Assembly: GCA_017654855.1 (NCBI GenBank)
Contig: JAFMPO010000001.1
Location: 186,001-250,000, forward strand
Direction of reading: 5' to 3'
Length of the DNA stretch: 64,000 bases
Source: Podospora anserina
Taxonomy: Eukaryota
Positions 14,270-26,152 of the stretch are shown here, one piece after another. Both the position numbers and the translations under genes were made by a program. Position 1 is the first letter of the stretch; every line of letters starts with the position of its first letter. The notes below the pieces were generated by a model. The model searched no databases. It was not told the DNA's origin and saw only the letters and a list, made by a program, of their open reading frames with translations.

Positions 14270-14584
14270 TTAATAGTTAGTTATTTAGCTTTAAAAAATA
14301 CTATATATTATTTTCCCTATAATAGCCTATCGATATAACTTTCTTTATACTACCTTACGGCTTAATCTCCCGTAAAGATTAGTAATATTAAGGTCCGACC
14401 CCTAAAGTAACCCGTTAAAAGCTTAATATATTTATTTAGACCCGACTAATATATTTCTAGAATTACTATGCCGCATTATTACTTTTAATAGTATAACGAT
14501 AGTTAAACCCCTTTATATTATTACTTTAAATTTAGTTTTAAATTATACTTTTATAAATCTTTTTAATCCCTTTAATATTATACT

Positions 14585-14760
14585 TATAACAAACTCATAT
14601 CCAGAACCTCTAAAAAAAATACCGGTTAAAGGCACTTCTAAACAATCCTAGTTTAGTACAGCTAAATAGTATATAATAATAGCTTATCTTAATTACAATA
14701 GCTAGATACTAACGATTGTAACTTGTAATTACATACTGCGGAACTATCTATCTATATTAG
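14585..14760 (-). mobile_element. RIPed LTR remnant (conserved 3' half, inverted)
   Basis: The reverse complement matches the TAGATAG.TTCCGCAGTATG...AGAGGTTCTG...GTCACA block with RIP changes. Confidence 0.75.
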
Positions 14761-15158
14761 TGTCACGAATATGATGTGGACACCCGCAAAGAACAACCAA
14801 TAGGGAAGAGGAGGCACGGCAGCCAATCAAGAGAAAGGAGGATGGACCAGTAAGAGGTGGATCATCCGGGATATGAAGAAATCATGAGCGATTCCCAGGA
14901 ATCACTCATGATCCTTAAGAGTCGGTCATGATCCGAGGAGAGACAGAATGATCCAGGCTTGGCATTAGGTCTATATATACGGAGGAACTAGATAGCTTGC
15001 AGATAGTTCCGCAGTATGCAATTCACAGTTGTATTCACGGCATCTTGTGTTTACATCGAGACATCTTGTTGTGCACTATTTAGCTGCACCGAACCAATTG
15101 TCAGAAGTAGCCTTCAACCAGTATCCCTTTCAGAGGTTCTGTACAGGGGTTCGTCACA
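14761..15158 (+). mobile_element. Intact solo LTR (398 bp), another 5'-half variant
   Basis: TGTCAC...GTCACA termini. TSD ATTAG at 14756-14760 and 15159-15163. Confidence 0.92.
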
Positions 15159-15164
15159 ATTAGG

Positions 15165-15267
15165 TGGTTAATTTGGATATTTCCGAAATTAAGGTGATAA
15201 GGGGGGGGGATGATCAGTATATACCCCACCCCAATCGGTAATACATTTCCCTCGCTCAGGAAGAACA
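15165..15267 (+). repeat. Shorter, diverged copy of the unclassified dispersed repeat
   Basis: Shares TGGTTAATTTGGA..TTT, ACCCCACCCAA and AATACATTTCCCT...GGAAGAAC with 31241-31390. Confidence 0.7.
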
Positions 15268-15375
15268 TGTAGAGTTAGAGGGGTCAGATGTACACGATAG
15301 ATATAACGCCCAAGTCGTAATTCAGCTTTGCGCAAGTGGGTGTTGCGTCTATCCAATCTTGTCCTCGCACTCTTC

Positions 15376-16977
15376 TTACACTCCGGTAAATGCTTGCCTC
15401 AACCCCCCGATCGCATTTGCGACAGTTCCGTTGGTTAGTTTTAGTTGTTGTAGACTGTTGGATGATGCTACGTCGGGATTGGGATAGTACCAGCAGGCAA
15501 TTGCTGTGATGGCATAGACGATCTGATATGCATGTTAGACTCGCTGAAATTCATGCTAGCAACAGCCACTCACCACAAGAAGAGCACCCTCGAGCCAGTT
15601 GGACTCCCCATCTCGCAGGAAGTTGCTTATTACTAGGATCGACAAGACAAGCAACCCGATCATGAATATCTCAAAGTTGAGATCCATGGGCTTGCCCAAA
15701 GTCCAGCCAACGATGACCACTAGTGGGCCATTGAAGAGCGCTGTCTGGATGGAGGGTCCCAGGCAGTGATACAGCGCAACATTGATCACACCATCTGTCA
15801 TTATTATCAGCACCGAACACCACGGACGCATGTCACTACACTTACCCCAAGCCTCGTCGATTGCAGTCAAATGCTCCGCTGCTTTTTCAACCAACGGCAA
15901 CAAGATCAAACCCAAGAACTGATCCGGCACTCCGCTATGCACCACATGTTCAATCTCATCGACCAGGAATATCAGCAAAGCCGTGACACACGCCAACGAC
16001 AGAAGCAACGCTATCACCGCCTCGGTAGCAGTAAACTTTGGCTTCTCCATATCTGCCTCCCGATCGGCATCCCTGTGCTCATCCGCCTCGATCACCTCGT
16101 CAAAGATGCTGTGCTGACTGCTTGCGCAGTACCAGATGTACATGAAAAAGCTCAGAATCAACGCAACAGACGTCGCCCTGCTGATTTGAAGGACATCATC
16201 TTCCAACTTCCCCAATGTGAAATCATCACTATGCTCCAAAGGCACAACAACTTTCACCCCCTCCCCAATTACCACCTCCACCGTCTTCGCCTCCGACTTG
16301 AGCGCAGAGTAAAACGCGCTGGGGATCAAAAGCCCAAACGCGGCCACAAGCAACAACCCGCTTCCAACCTCTGACACAATCGCGTGGAACCTCTGGCTGA
16401 CATGCCTTATCCCGCCGACGAAAAAGCAGACTCCCAAGCACAAGAGCAGGTTGGTGAGGATACTCCCCAAGATCGCCGCCTGGATGATAGGTACCATGTT
16501 CCCCCCTTCCTCTTTCTCGTCATGGTTGATGATCAAGACCACAAATAGGATAATCTCCACGATCGAGCCGAATGTTGTCTCGATTAGAATCCCGGCAACC
16601 TTGGGCATCTTTCTCGCGAGCTCTTGTCCGGCAAAACCGAGGAGATTGGCAGAGGGGATCATGCCTATGTAGCTTAGGGCGAAGGTCCATAGTGGGTGGG
16701 AGTGGGAGAAGAAGATGCGGGAGATGAAGGCGGCGATGACGAAGGGGAAGAGGAGGTTGACGAAGCTGGAGATGGGGGACGAGCTGCGCCAGAGGACGAG
16801 GAAGAAGTGGGAAGGGTGGAAGCCTGTGCGGCCGGATTCACCTTCATGAGGGATGGGGAAGAGAGTTGGGGTGCTGTGTTGGTGGTTGTGATCGTGGCTG
16901 TGGTGGGGGATGAGGGGGGCGGTTTCATTGTTGGTGGCTTCGGCTGGGTTGATGCCGTTTGTTCGGGGAGCTTCCAT
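15376..16977 (-). CDS. Vacuolar Ca2+/H+ exchanger (CAX/VCX1 family), two introns
   Basis: Multi-TM protein with alpha-repeat motifs GSILTNLLL and EKAAEH..GPSIQTALF. The last exon IVYAITAIACWYYPNP... ends at TAA, 15376. Confidence 0.9.
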
Positions 16978-17918
16978 GATGAGGACGTCAATTGGGTATG
17001 GCCGATGATCATCAGGCCGTTTTCATCGAGATATTTGGTGAGGTTGGGGATTCAGCTCGTCGCGCGGTGGTGTTGATGTTTAGGGAGGGGTCTTGGCGCT
17101 GATTGGTTGTTGGTTTTAGGTTCCGGCAGGCAAGGTCACGAGACAGCTGATGACCACACTATCTTATTTTGAGTACGTCAAATTGATGGTGGTGGACATT
17201 CCCGTCCGAAACATGGCCCGTACGCAATGTTGCTCCGAAGATTCGATCCATCAGCCGACCCTCGGAGGATACTGTCGCGGCCCAGTTCCGATCCCTCCGG
17301 GAGGGTCCCCGTGGCCGTTTGTGGACCGTGACACCGTTGCTAGGTACCTTGCCTTACTGATACAACTCCGAGCAAGCAGTTACGCGTTGCTCAGATTTAC
17401 CGCGACGATTTGAAATCTTAGGTTCGACAGCTTCCAGTTCTTGTGCTTTCGAGGTCTACTGGTCTGGAGGGCCTTTGAGCAGCCTGATTTTAGCCTACCT
17501 AGCCTTACATGGGTTACCAATCACCTTGCTCGCAGAATCTCCAGATCGACTGGACAGTCCCGCCGATACTCGGGCCTATCTTGGTTGCCATGGCCGACCC
17601 GTCTTTCGAGGTTGTCTGGGTCTATCCGGATGCCCTCAAAAGCTGTTTAGACTAATGTCGAAGTTTCATGGCTATGGTTCGGGTGAGAGTGCATAGTCCA
17701 GTCGATTTAAAGGACATGTGCCCTCGTCCCTTGATGCTCCTTTCTTTCTTCAGCATCCGCTCATCCATCTTACGAACATCCGCTTTTTACTAACAGGCTT
17801 GCAGGCAAGTCTTTTGCTCTTCTGTTCTCTCTTTCGGGCTTCTGGAAAGCTCATTCTCAAACGACACTCTTTCACATTTGACTTCTGGCAAGTCGACACA
17901 CAACTGAATATAATCAAA

Positions 17919-19343
17919 ATGAAGCACACAACCGCTCTCGTCGCTGCCCTGGGCCTCGCCGCCACGGTTTCTGCTGCTAACCCCGCGACTGATAACCGCC
18001 GTCATGCAGTCAACAGGAGGTCTGTTCCTGTTTCAACACCGGAAAATACGAAGCGTGACACCGCCCACCAACAGGGCAACAAGCGTGTCGAACCTCGCTC
18101 GCCAACCCGGTTCGCCAGCCCTTTTACGGGTGATGAAGAGCCAGGCGTCGAAGTCGAACCCAGCGTCGAAGACAAAGAAAGCCTTGAGGACGAATCGAGC
18201 AGCTATGGCCTTAAAGACCAGGCTACCGACGCCGCGTGGGACGTTGGCTCAAGCTATCTCGAGGGCAAAACTGGTATCAAGCTACCTGATAGGCCACGAT
18301 CCGGTTCTGGCATCAACTTTGCGAGGAGGAATAAAAAGCGGAGCGTGATCGAAGCACGGGCAAAGTCGAGGAGTGGTGGAGGGAAGAGCAACGGTGGTGG
18401 CTTTGGCGGTCAGCTTGTGGATGCTGGCAAAGACTTTGCCGTTGAAGAGGGAACGGCATTCGTCGAGGATCAGACGGGCATTGACCTGCCGGACAGGAAT
18501 GGGCAGTCTAGCTCTGGAAGCTCAGGCGGCAGTTGGACAAGCTGGCGTCCCTGGAAGCTCAGCAAGCGGGAGATCACCGTTGACGAGGTTGTCGAGGAGG
18601 TGTTGGATCAGATGAAAGAGGGAGAGTCTAAGTCTGATGCTGAGACTGCCGACGCCCTGAAGGAGATTGTCGAGCAGGCTGCCAAAGATGACGAAGATAA
18701 GTCCATTAGCGACGTGGTGGAGGCCCTGGCGGAGGCCAGTGACGATAACAACTCCGAACCCAAGGAAGAATCAACTGATACTATCGAGGAGATCCTCGGT
18801 GACTCTTCTGACAAAGAGGACGAAGATGAAGACATCCTCGCAGAAACCATCGAGGACATTGTTGACGGGGACTCCTCCGATAGCAAGTCATCCCACGGCG
18901 ACACCCTCGAGGAGAAGCTGGAAGAGCTCGAGAAGGAGACCTCTGCCCTCGACAAGGACGACCCCAAGGCCGAGATGATTGACGAGCTGATCGATGAACT
19001 TATCGACGAAGCTGCCACCTTGGACGAGATCCCGGTGGAGTATTTCCAGTACTGGATGGCGGTTCAGAGCTGCCTTGATCCTGTCCACTTGCTGACCACG
19101 AAGGGCCTGATGGCTAGTCATCTTTCACGTCGCGGCACTACCCCGATTATTGTGACGCCGACCAAGACCGTCAAGAGAGAAGAGGCGAAGGCTGCGGAGG
19201 TGAACCTGGGATTGGCCCAACCTTTTGGGGCAGAGATGGCGCAGACTTCGGGGGCGGGTGATGGGTTGTTGGGTAGGGGAACGGTGGGGTACCTTGTGTT
19301 TGGCGTGGCGGCCGCGTTTTTGGTCCGCGGGGTGGCGTTCTAG
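17919..19343 (+). CDS. Secreted, probably GPI-anchored acidic protein with many Kex2-type dibasic sites
   Basis: Signal peptide MKHTTALVAALGLAATVSA from ATG 17919. Numerous KR/RR sites, a D/E-rich middle, and C-terminal SG plus hydrophobic tail. Confidence 0.8.
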   Translation: MKHTTALVAALGLAATVSAANPATDNRRHAVNRRSVPVSTPENTKRDTAHQQGNKRVEPRSPTRFASPFTGDEEPGVEVEPSVEDKESLEDESSSYGLKDQATDAAWDVGSSYLEGKTGIKLPDRPRSGSGINFARRNKKRSVIEARAKSRSGGGKSNGGGFGGQLVDAGKDFAVEEGTAFVEDQTGIDLPDRNGQSSSGSSGGSWTSWRPWKLSKREITVDEVVEEVLDQMKEGESKSDAETADALKEIVEQAAKDDEDKSISDVVEALAEASDDNNSEPKEESTDTIEEILGDSSDKEDEDEDILAETIEDIVDGDSSDSKSSHGDTLEEKLEELEKETSALDKDDPKAEMIDELIDELIDEAATLDEIPVEYFQYWMAVQSCLDPVHLLTTKGLMASHLSRRGTTPIIVTPTKTVKREEAKAAEVNLGLAQPFGAEMAQTSGAGDGLLGRGTVGYLVFGVAAAFLVRGVAF

Positions 19344-19500
19344 ACGGTGTAAGCTTTTCCCCTCGCCTGTGGTTAAAGTGGGAAGTGTTATATGATAGTG
19401 AGAGTCTCATCAAGCTTAGAGTATTTGTTCTGTTTTACTAGAGTGTGTGTGGGAGGTTTCTGGGCCTACTCTCTGATTTTCATTGGAGTTATCATAGAGA

Positions 19501-20700
19501 ATGTATGCTGCCATTCCTTGTCCAAAGAATCCTCGCCAACAGCACATTGTCGCCACAAGAGATTTTCACATGAAATTCCAAGACTTTGTGTCCTATCTCA
19601 ATCTAGGTATGTTCACCTTTCACCAAGTTGACCCTTCCTTTCTCGCTTTTGTCTACAATTTCTATTGCGGATATGGCTGTCAACGTACAGATTTATCTCT
19701 ATCCCAATTCGCACCTACACTCGGCATTTCTCCTCAGCCAAACTCCTTTTTGAATTGGTCTGGCAACGTCATATGCCACTCTTTCATCCTTAGGGGTATT
19801 GGGCAAGACATAGACCGTTTACAGGTCGGTCGGACCGATAGTTGGGCCAGACGACAAGTGGTCACCTATCACTCCTTCGACATCAAACCTGGGACTGCGA
19901 CGTGGATAACCCTGAAAAGCAACAAAATCTTCCGAGAGTGTATCTGCCAAGCTGATTCAGAGCCTTTCGCCAAGCTCGCTAGTACTGAGAATGTTGAAGG
20001 GTGCTTTGAGGGCACGTTGGGCACGCATCTCATATATTTAATTGGTCCGCCTGGAACTGGAGAGGCTTGGCTCATGAGATCGAGAGACGTCTCCACGGCA
20101 CGCTTCAGGTCCTTGATGTCATCACTTCCCAGCCTTACGATCCGGGCATGCCGAAGAGCTCTGGGTGCCAGGGTAGCAGGGCTCTCGCCAGACTCAGCGG
20201 CCGCCCGAGTCCATATTCCCTTGTGATTGACCGAATAGATCTCAATGGCCAAGAATATGAAGATCGGGCTGCCAGATACTTTTTTGGAAGCTTCAACCAG
20301 GACGTGCTTGGTGTTATCGACCATGGATTAACTCCACTTCTCCAACGACTTCAAAGGCTCGATCAGGATTTGGAGCTCAACGTTGACACTTTGAACAGCG
20401 TGCGCCAGAGATATGAGGGTCTAGAGACAGGTCAGGACCTCGATGAGGAGCTCAAGATAACGGCCAAGCCAGCCATCGACGGGTTCTTGTCGCGAGTGCG
20501 GCTCATCATCGCCAGCTTTGAGAATCGAAGAAAGCATCTCCTTTCGCTATGCAGGCAAGGATCAAGGAAACGAGGGCTCTTGTACGCAATCCTGGTATAT
20601 CTGTTGTGTGTCTGTTTTCTTAATGCTGACATCATGCTTGTACACAGTACGAGAGCATTGCGCGGATTCAAACTGCCGAATCCAACATAAACCACCACCT
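19501..20700 (+). pseudogene. Fragmented CorA-like domain gene relic
   Basis: The W.RRQ...YHSFD...G.ATWI.LK.N motif is typical of fungal CorA-like soluble domains. It is split over shifted frames near 20040-20070, and no C-terminal TM pair follows. Confidence 0.55.
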
Positions 20701-21839
20701 TTCCACCATATTCTGGACCTGTGGTAGTGGATGAAGGGCAAATGTCAACCATACAAAACAACAATAATGATGCTTGGGTGCTTATACATAAATAAGCTTT
20801 GGTGTCAGGACAACAGAGGCTGGGCAGCGGCGGCGGGCAGCCAGTGGTGATTGGCGAAGACCAGTAGGATTTTGGAACTAGAATAATCCAGAGATTGAGA
20901 TTTTGGTAGAACAGAGCGCTGAGCGTCACAATAAGTTTCATAATCCACGATCATAGTAACGAAGAAAGCGGAAGCGCTTTCCTACCAACCCCTGGATGAC
21001 TAAACCACCTACCTTAGTCCCAGGATAAACACAAGGCGGTTCCGTCAACCAGCCCCATCTGCACGGGCGTTGGGGTTTTCATAGGATCTTCCCTCACCGT
21101 GTACTGTTTTTCACAGCTATATATGCCTGTTATCCCAGTAATTTACATCGCTTATCCCAGATACATCTGTTTTTTGTCCCAGTTGCCACAAAGTAGGCAC
21201 ATCGGGGTAGTGGTTAGCACCGATGTCCGTCGACCTAACCGAGATAGGGTAATGCTCAAAACTCTTCTGTTGGAAACTTGCATGGAAGGCTAGTAGGGGT
21301 GTCAGAGCCCACATAAATCCCGACCCCTGTAGTCTCTCTCACAATCCCGCACCCGAGACATCACACTCCACCACACTCCCATGCATCTTTGGATGGGTAT
21401 CTGAGGAACGCTGCAGTAGCGAGCTGTTCGCTTGCCAAAACGACTATCTGCAGCCGTTAGTGTAGGCTGCCGTATTCTCACCAAAAAAACTCGAAACAGC
21501 TCTGGGCTGTCCAATCAACTGGCAGTTTTACGTCTGGTACTGCATCGGTGGCGTGTATCATTGGGCAAACCGAGCCAATGCTGTGGGTTGCTTGTACCGC
21601 AGCGTAAGGCGTTGACAGAAATATTGAGAAGAACATTACATAAATGGGTGACATTGAAGTGGCGGCAGGATCAATAAGCCTGTCAGGCAGGGTCTTGGGA
21701 CGGGAGAACTCTTCAGGGATATCCGGAGGTGATAGGAGATATCAAGAGATAAATAGGTTCACAAGCGTCAACTTTCGAGGCTTTCTCTCCCATCATTCTT
21801 CGTCTTCATCAGCATCTTCTGCTCTGATACTCATCCAAG

Positions 21840-23007
21840 ATGGTTGGCGGCATCAAGAGCCTCATCATTTGTGCCTCTGCTGCTTTGGCCGCATGCACAC
21901 CCACTCCTCCCACGCCCATCGTCCGCAAGGAATGGTAACTCTCACCCAAAATGTTTCTCTTTTCTTTTTGTTCTCACTAACATTCCCAAAGGCGTACTCT
22001 CACCACTTCCGAGAAGGCAGAGTACATCAATGCCGTCAAATGCATACTCGCCAAACCAGCCCTCACCCCAGAAGGTTCACCCCCAACCGGTCACGGTGTC
22101 ATCAGCCGCTACGATAACCTAGTCTACACCCACATCCAGCAAACCCTGGAGGTCCACTACGTCGGCCACTTCCTCGCCTGGCACAGACTCTTCACAGCCA
22201 CATACGAGAAGATGCTCCGCAACGAGTGCGGCTACACCGGCGCCCAACCATACTGGGACTGGACCCTCGACGCAGCCGACATCACCGACTCGCCCGTCTT
22301 CGACCCCATGACAGGGTTCGGGGGCAACGGCCCATGGGTTCCTAGTGACCCCACCTCATGGATGCCACCTGTCCCAGGGCGCACCGGAGGAGGCTGTGTG
22401 GTGGATGGTCCCTTTGCGGGGATCAACGACCTGGTCCACTTGGGCCCTGGGAGCTCTCTAGTGTATAACCCGCAGTGCTTGAAGAGAGATCTTGCTCCTT
22501 CGTTTGCGTCGATGTACCTGGGGATGAACCAGACACAGCTCACACTGAGCCAGCCCGACTTTGGGTGGTTCAACGCCGTTGTTGAAGGGTCCCCCAGCTT
22601 TGATGCTTCAGGTGTGCACGGTGGTGGGCATTTCGGCGTTGGTGGAACGTTTGGTTAGTACTCTCTCTTACATGGTGCACTTGTCGTTCATTGTCCTAAC
22701 AAAACCTCCAGGTCAAATGGGTGACTTGAACACCTCGCCAGCTGATCCACTTTTCCACCTGCATCACGCAAATCTGGACAGACTGTGGTGGTCGTGGCAG
22801 AGCTTGAACCTGCCGGCAAGACTGAGTGATATCTCGGGGCCGTCTATCATGATGAACCCCGCCTCCCCCAACGTTACCTTGGCTCATCCGTTGTCAGTGG
22901 GTGTCAGCGGAGTTGATACCACCGTTGGGGACGTCATGAAGATCGATGCTTGTGGCACGGGCGGCAGCATGTGCTACACATACGACTCTCTTTACACCCT
23001 GCTATGA
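21840..23007 (+). CDS. Secreted tyrosinase / type-3 copper oxidase, two introns
   Basis: Signal peptide, then VRKEW, CuA H...HFLAWHR, PYWDW and CuB GVHGGGH...SPADPLFHLHHANLDRLW. Confidence 0.92.
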
Positions 23008-23499
23008 GAAAGGTCGCCAGTAGGAGACGTTGCTAGAACTGTACATCCAGACTGTCATTTCCAGGGAAATCCAATGCTGATTTCGGAAGACATACTGCCA
23101 AAAACTGAGGAATATTTCTTTTCCAATCTTCTACATTCACACCCCTCAGTCTTCCAATAAACCTGAAGCATATAAGCGCCGACATAAAAAAATAGAAATC
23201 GAAAATAAAACGGGCTGTAGAATATAGAGGTACTTCGGTGCATCGAGCTTGCATTTTTAGGCTCTCAGGCGGAATGATAATGAAGTATATGTAATGGTCT
23301 CAAGGTAGTGTTTTGCAACTAGCTATGCCACTCTACGAGTACACTGAACTTGAAGAAGAAAAGGAAAAGAGAAAGAGAAGGTTTGACAACATGAGCCTCT
23401 GATGTGGCTGAGCGTGTTGGCTAGTGCGCGGTGATAAAAGGTTCTGGAGTAGTGGTTTATGCGTCCTGGGAGTAGCTTCATCAGGGCCGAGGGTCCATG

Positions 23500-23738
23500 T
23501 GTCACAGACCAACCATATAGCAAGGCAAAGTGGAGACTGCAGCAAGCCGTGGTAGCTAATCAAGTAAAATAAAACGGCGGGGCTGCAGGACGGTAGGGCG
23601 CTCACCACTTGGCAGAGGTGAGCCAGGTACGGAGGTACCTGGAGGATTAAGGTCTATATATACCGAGGAACTGGCTGGTGTAGATAGACAGTTCCGCAGT
23701 ATGCAATACAAGTCACAATCGTTGGTATCTAGACTATT
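23500..23738 (+). mobile_element. 3'-truncated solo LTR of the same family
   Basis: Starts TGTCACA and contains AGGTCTATATATACCGAGGAACTGGCTGGTGTAGATAGACAGTTCCGCAGTATGCAAT. Homology stops early and no TSD was found. Confidence 0.75.
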
Positions 23739-24044
23739 TGTGCGACTCGTGATCCACCGGACTTACAGAAACATTCATTCATCAAAACAGCTGTTGCTAG
23801 TCTTCATTCACTCTATTACACAACGTTAGGACCTGACTACTTCGCTCGCGCGATGTAAAGTTCCAATGAATTCGTCTTTTTAGTTGGCTAGAGCTAAGAT
23901 AAAAATCTAGAGACTATTAACTAAGGTATCTGTAAAGACTGTTAGTATCATGATCTGTCCGTTGTCTATCACTATTCTTCCCTCCCTAAGTATCCACGCA
24001 CACCAAGCCTGCTTGATACGGTATACCGGAATACTGAAGAACTA

Positions 24045-25195
24045 TTACTTCCCACGAGCCTTTATCTCACGAATCCTGGTCTTTGGCTTAAGAGCGAAAT
24101 CATGAATGTCCTGGCCAGACAAAGTGTAGCTCGGGAACCTGCCCGCCGCCGTCTCAGAATTCCGACGTGTGAGCCAAACCACCTGGGTCGCCATCAACTC
24201 TCGCGGCTGCTTCGGGTCATCTGCTTTGGCATCTGCCCCTGCAGCGAACTGATTCCGGTAGTTCTGCTGCCACTTCCACTCCTCAAGTCCAGGCTCGACC
24301 GCCGGAACGATGTGGTCGAGATCGGTGAGTCCTGTCATGCCCCTCTTGAACCAGCGGCCAAAGTCCCGGTCCAAAAGACTGTCTCAAGTTCCAGACTTGA
24401 TCCTCCACCGCTTGGAGTTTTCATCTGAACGCAGCGCAATAGTTTCCTGCCCTTCCCGATCAAGCCTCATATCGACCCACCCGCCGAGAAAGTGTCCTTC
24501 CCAGAAGCGTCCCGCCTCGCCGGTCTCCTTATCCCCCTTGCCTGCGTAGGTGGTGCGTGGAGGGGTGTGCTCGTCTTCTGCGCGCTTGAGGAAGAGGGTG
24601 AAGACGTGGACCAACTCGTGAGCCATGGTGATGCTGAGTCGGAGATGGAGCGTGCGGAAGTGGGCTGTGTGCTTTTCAACATCGCGGTCTGCAACAATGT
24701 ATTTGTATGCGTTGCCCATCCTGGTCATCAGGGTCTCATTGATCTCGATGATGCACGCCCGTTTGGGGTCAAAGGCACTCGCGCAGTTCTGCTTGGTGGT
24801 CCGGCCGTTCTTGTTGGCCATGCCACAGTCGTCCGAGATGACGAGGTTAGGGAAGCTCCGACGGATGGTTTGCAGATATTTCATGACCGTGGCCTCGACA
24901 TCGGCCTCCTTCATGTTGCGTAACTCGAGAATGCGTGGGCTAACGCTGATGACGTGGTTGGCGATTGTTTTGAGCACGCGGATGCTCTGGGATGCTCAAG
25001 CATATCAAGGGCCAGGCCGGCAACAGAGGCTGCACAGCGGAACAGGGAGTTTTCCGGTCCGAGAGCGCGGAATTTCGTGAGACTCTTCTCCTTCAGGGCC
25101 TCAGGTGTTGGCATCAAAAAGACTTGGAAGTTTTCAAGGTCCCGGACTTGTCCCCACGAGGACGCACGGGGAGCAGCGCCGACAGGTTGAGACAT
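24045..25195 (-). pseudogene. Intracellular zincin-like (HExxH) protein, disrupted
   Basis: MAHELVH and GEAGRFWE..FLGG motifs. A 1-bp frameshift lies in a short C-run near 24990 and an in-frame TGA at 24384-24386. Confidence 0.65.
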
Positions 25196-26152
25196 TTTTG
25201 TCTTTTAGTCTGTGGTGCTGGGTGTGGAAGCGTCGTTGTTTCAAGGTGGGAACGCTCGTCTGTTGATGGTAATCAGGTCGTTTGCTTGCGATGTTGACGA
25301 AAGTCTCAGCCTGAAGGATGCCGTTGCTCTGTGAAAAATATCCAGGGCTTGATTTGAATGAGGGTTTGTGGGCGGAGGGGTATTTTCGTTACCAGTAACG
25401 GAGATATGCTTGAGTGATGCGTATAGCTAGGTATTTGTCTAGCTGGTTGAAGGTGAGTCTCACCTTCTTATAGATGTCCAATTCACGTTGAAGATATACG
25501 ATATGCCCTACCCGCAACATCCAATGCCTCGCCGTTGACATGGCAAACTATGACAAGAAGAGTCGGCTCTCACAAGGCCGGCCGGTCGAAGCGCCTGTTC
25601 AAGTTTGAAGTCATCGACGGAGGACGACGCGGCCAGAAGGCGCTAGAAGAACCAGCAACCCGGCATGTTCAGCATTAATCACCTCTATCTGAGGAAAGCA
25701 GACCGGGAACTCTCGATACACCAGTCGTTACAATTGGAGGATATCAATATCTCACCGCAGCTTTCACCGTGTGATCCCAACGCATACTGTCAATGACGCA
25801 CGAAGCGGCTGTCATGCTGGTGTTACTCGAAACAACACTGGTTTCAATCTGCGTCTTGCCGCGCGCCCGGCAGTTGTCATGCCAATGAAGCGATGTCTCG
25901 ATATTTCAAAGTTGAGGCACAGCTTGGTCAGCCGCTGGCTTGTGGTTAGGGTTGCATGGGGATCAATCATGAACAATGTCTTGGGGCTATGCCTGCCCTG
26001 CACTTCACTTTTTGTTCTTTTTGACTTCTTTGCTTTTACCTCCTGTTTGGAAGGATTCCATACACACATGAAAAATTTCCCACCTTCATCAATTATCGAA
26101 CAACAATATCAGGTCAAAACCATAACCACTACCGCGCCGGTCATCGTTAGTA

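Noticed and set aside
13729-14280. 183-aa ORF with a duplicated peptide of about 64 aa
   Set aside because: It is a by-product of the nested LTR duplication, not a gene.
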